From: Gemmatimonadales bacterium
GTDB lineage: Bacteria; Gemmatimonadota; Gemmatimonadetes; Gemmatimonadales; GWC2-71-9
Direction of reading: 5' to 3'
NCBI GenBank assembly: GCA_965249575.1
Contig: OZ252244.1
Span: 1,120,001 to 1,184,000 of the forward strand
Length of the DNA stretch: 64,000 nucleotides
Part shown: one piece after another, positions 62,300 to 64,000 of the stretch
How the letters are laid out: each line of letters starts with the position of its first letter
Numbering within the stretch: position 1 is the stretch's first letter
Program-made: the position numbers and the translations under genes
Notes under the pieces: generated by a model
Told to the model about the DNA's origin: nothing
The model's database searches: none
The model's input: only the letters and a program-made list of their open reading frames with translations

Positions 62300-62515
62300 T
62301 CACCGACGTGCAGAACGTACCACGCGGAGGATGGCACCCTCGTCCAGCGAGCCTGACTCCTCGACCGGCCGACCAACACCGTCCGTGACGTATGCCGTTC
62401 CACTCCGCAACATGGATGCGAGATCGGGGTCGAAGCTCGTGACGGCGTCGCGGACGCTCGCGCCGGGAGCGACGTGTACCGGTCGCTCGTTGACGAATAC
62501 GCGGACTCGTGTCAC
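62300..62515 (-). CDS. Small ubiquitin-like (ThiS/MoaD-fold-like) protein
   Basis: VFVNERPV...GASVRDA...GAILRVV; lacks C-terminal GG. Confidence 0.6.
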   Translation of the reverse strand: MTRVRVFVNERPVHVAPGASVRDAVTSFDPDLASMLRSGTAYVTDGVGRPVEESGSLDEGAILRVVRSARR

Positions 62516-64000
62516 CGCTCTCGATGGAACCGCGGGCTTCGGGGCACTTCAACCGGCTGTCGTAGACGCCGCAGGTACGTCACCAGTGCGTCGATATCGG
62601 AGATAGCGGTACGCTCGATCGGAAGGCCCTTCAACATGGTAAAACCGTCTCCGCCCGCCGCGAGGAAATCTGGAACCGCCAGCGTGTAAGTCTCGTTTCG
62701 TTTCAACTCGCGCCCACCGGCGAGTCGTACCTGCCTCACTCGACGTCCGGGCGCGCGGGTGGGGTCGTACCACAACTCGAGGCCCGAGACGTGCGCCCGT
62801 ACCTCGCCCGCGGCGAAAATGTGCTCCAGAGCCGCTAAAAGCGAGTCACGAGACAACGTGAGCTTCACGATCTCATTGCCGAACGGCTGCACGTGGTAGA
62901 GCTGGCCGTATGTGACCGACCCCTGCGGGAGATCCGCCCGGATTCCCCCGCTGTTCATGATGGCGACGTCTGCACGGCCGGCGTTCCTGACGCCGTCCGC
63001 CACGAGCCTCCCGAGGCCAAATTCCTCACCGCGGTTTCGGCTGGCCGGGAACTTCATGGACACGACCGGCCGGTCTTCGATTTCCCGGGTCAGCCGGCGG
63101 TATGTGTCGACGAGGCGCGCCAGGCCCGAATCCGGCCGCACGGCATCAACCCATACGGTTTCGATTTGAGAACGGACCTCGCGCTTCCCGTCCGGGCCGG
63201 TGAGGAAGTCCACCACGCCCAAGTTGGTGCCATGCGAGCGAGCCTGAATGATCGGAATCCCGTTGATCACCGTCTCGATCTCGGTGTGGGAGTGCCCACT
63301 CACGACGAGATCGACCGAGGCCGAGTCGAGCCCCCGAGCGACATCGACGATCTCGCCCTTGCAACCGCCCTGATCGCAGAATCCACCCGCGTGAGCGAGC
63401 ACGATCACCAGGTCAGGCTGCTCCGCGCGCACCGCCGGCAGCACCCTCCGGATCGCCTGCGCTCCGTCGGAAAACTCGAGATGCGCGACGTTCATCGGCC
63501 GGGTGGACACCGGCGTCGAGGTAGTGGTGAGCCCAATGACGGCCACCCGAAGCCCCGCCCGCTCGAGGAGCTCCCACTCACTCGACCACGGAGGTGCGGC
63601 ACCGTCTGCCGTTCGAATGTTGGCACTCAGCCACGGATGGCCGCTCTCGGCGAACCGGGTGCGCATGGAGTCCACGCCCCAGTCGAACTCGTGGTTCCCG
63701 ATGGCCGCCGCGTGGATCTCGAGCGCCTCGAATGCCTCGACCACCGATCGGCCGTGGAAAAAATTCGAGATGGGCGTCCCCTGCCACGCATCTCCTGCGT
63801 TGAGCCTCAGGCTGGCGCACGGGCAATCGGCCGCCAGGGAATCCATCCAGGTCTTCAGCGCGGGCGCTCCCCCTACGGCGCGCCCTTCTGACCACGACGG
63901 TGTGCGCGGCTCCAGCGCACCGTGGAAATCGTTTGTCGCCAGCACCCGCAACACGACACTGTCACGCGCTGCACTCGGAGATCCTTGAGCTCCGGCGCGC
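62512..64000 (-). CDS. Bifunctional metallophosphatase/5'-nucleotidase, N-terminus outside window
   Basis: TNDFHG, AGD..QG, GNHEFD, SGHSH, NSGGIRA, PFGN, GGDGF. Confidence 0.95.
   Translation of the reverse strand, partial: RAGAQGSPSAARDSVVLRVLATNDFHGALEPRTPSWSEGRAVGGAPALKTWMDSLAADCPCASLRLNAGDAWQGTPISNFFHGRSVVEAFEALEIHAAAIGNHEFDWGVDSMRTRFAESGHPWLSANIRTADGAAPPWSSEWELLERAGLRVAVIGLTTTSTPVSTRPMNVAHLEFSDGAQAIRRVLPAVRAEQPDLVIVLAHAGGFCDQGGCKGEIVDVARGLDSASVDLVVSGHSHTEIETVINGIPIIQARSHGTNLGVVDFLTGPDGKREVRSQIETVWVDAVRPDSGLARLVDTYRRLTREIEDRPVVSMKFPASRNRGEEFGLGRLVADGVRNAGRADVAIMNSGGIRADLPQGSVTYGQLYHVQPFGNEIVKLTLSRDSLLAALEHIFAAGEVRAHVSGLELWYDPTRAPGRRVRQVRLAGGRELKRNETYTLAVPDFLAAGGDGFTMLKGLPIERTAISDIDALVTYLRRLRQPVEVPRSPRFHRER

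Overview
High-GC bacterial DNA; the gene content suggests Gemmatimonadota, which is inference only. There are three parts. (1) 1-7250: a minus-strand RiPP-like operon (nucleotidyltransferase, HPr-kinase-like, PqqD/RRE, PRMT-like methyltransferase, and a short RRxFL peptide running off the window edge) downstream of a DUF5916-type outer-membrane protein, plus a response regulator. (2) ~7.3-38.7 kb: an island at the 3' end of tRNA-Lys(TTT). It has an integrase, excisionase-like genes and a Prim-Pol/D5 primase-helicase, a lambda-like cosQ/cosN sequence directly upstream of a Nu1/TerS-like gene, and no recognisable capsid, portal or TerL genes, so it resembles a PICI-type satellite. Cargo includes an AhpD-like selenoprotein candidate, four paralogs of a ~88-aa protein, a recurring TGTCCC-N15-TGTCCC promoter motif, a duplicated 5' leader, three Zn-ribbon paralogs and many secreted proteins. 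(3) 38.8-64 kb: core genome (rnhB, rplS, trmD, rimM, rpsP, ffh, pilD, thiD, ppx-sixA-CHAD, nucleoside salvage). Several single-base frameshifts and abrupt gene junctions suggest assembly error, so pseudogene calls are tentative.
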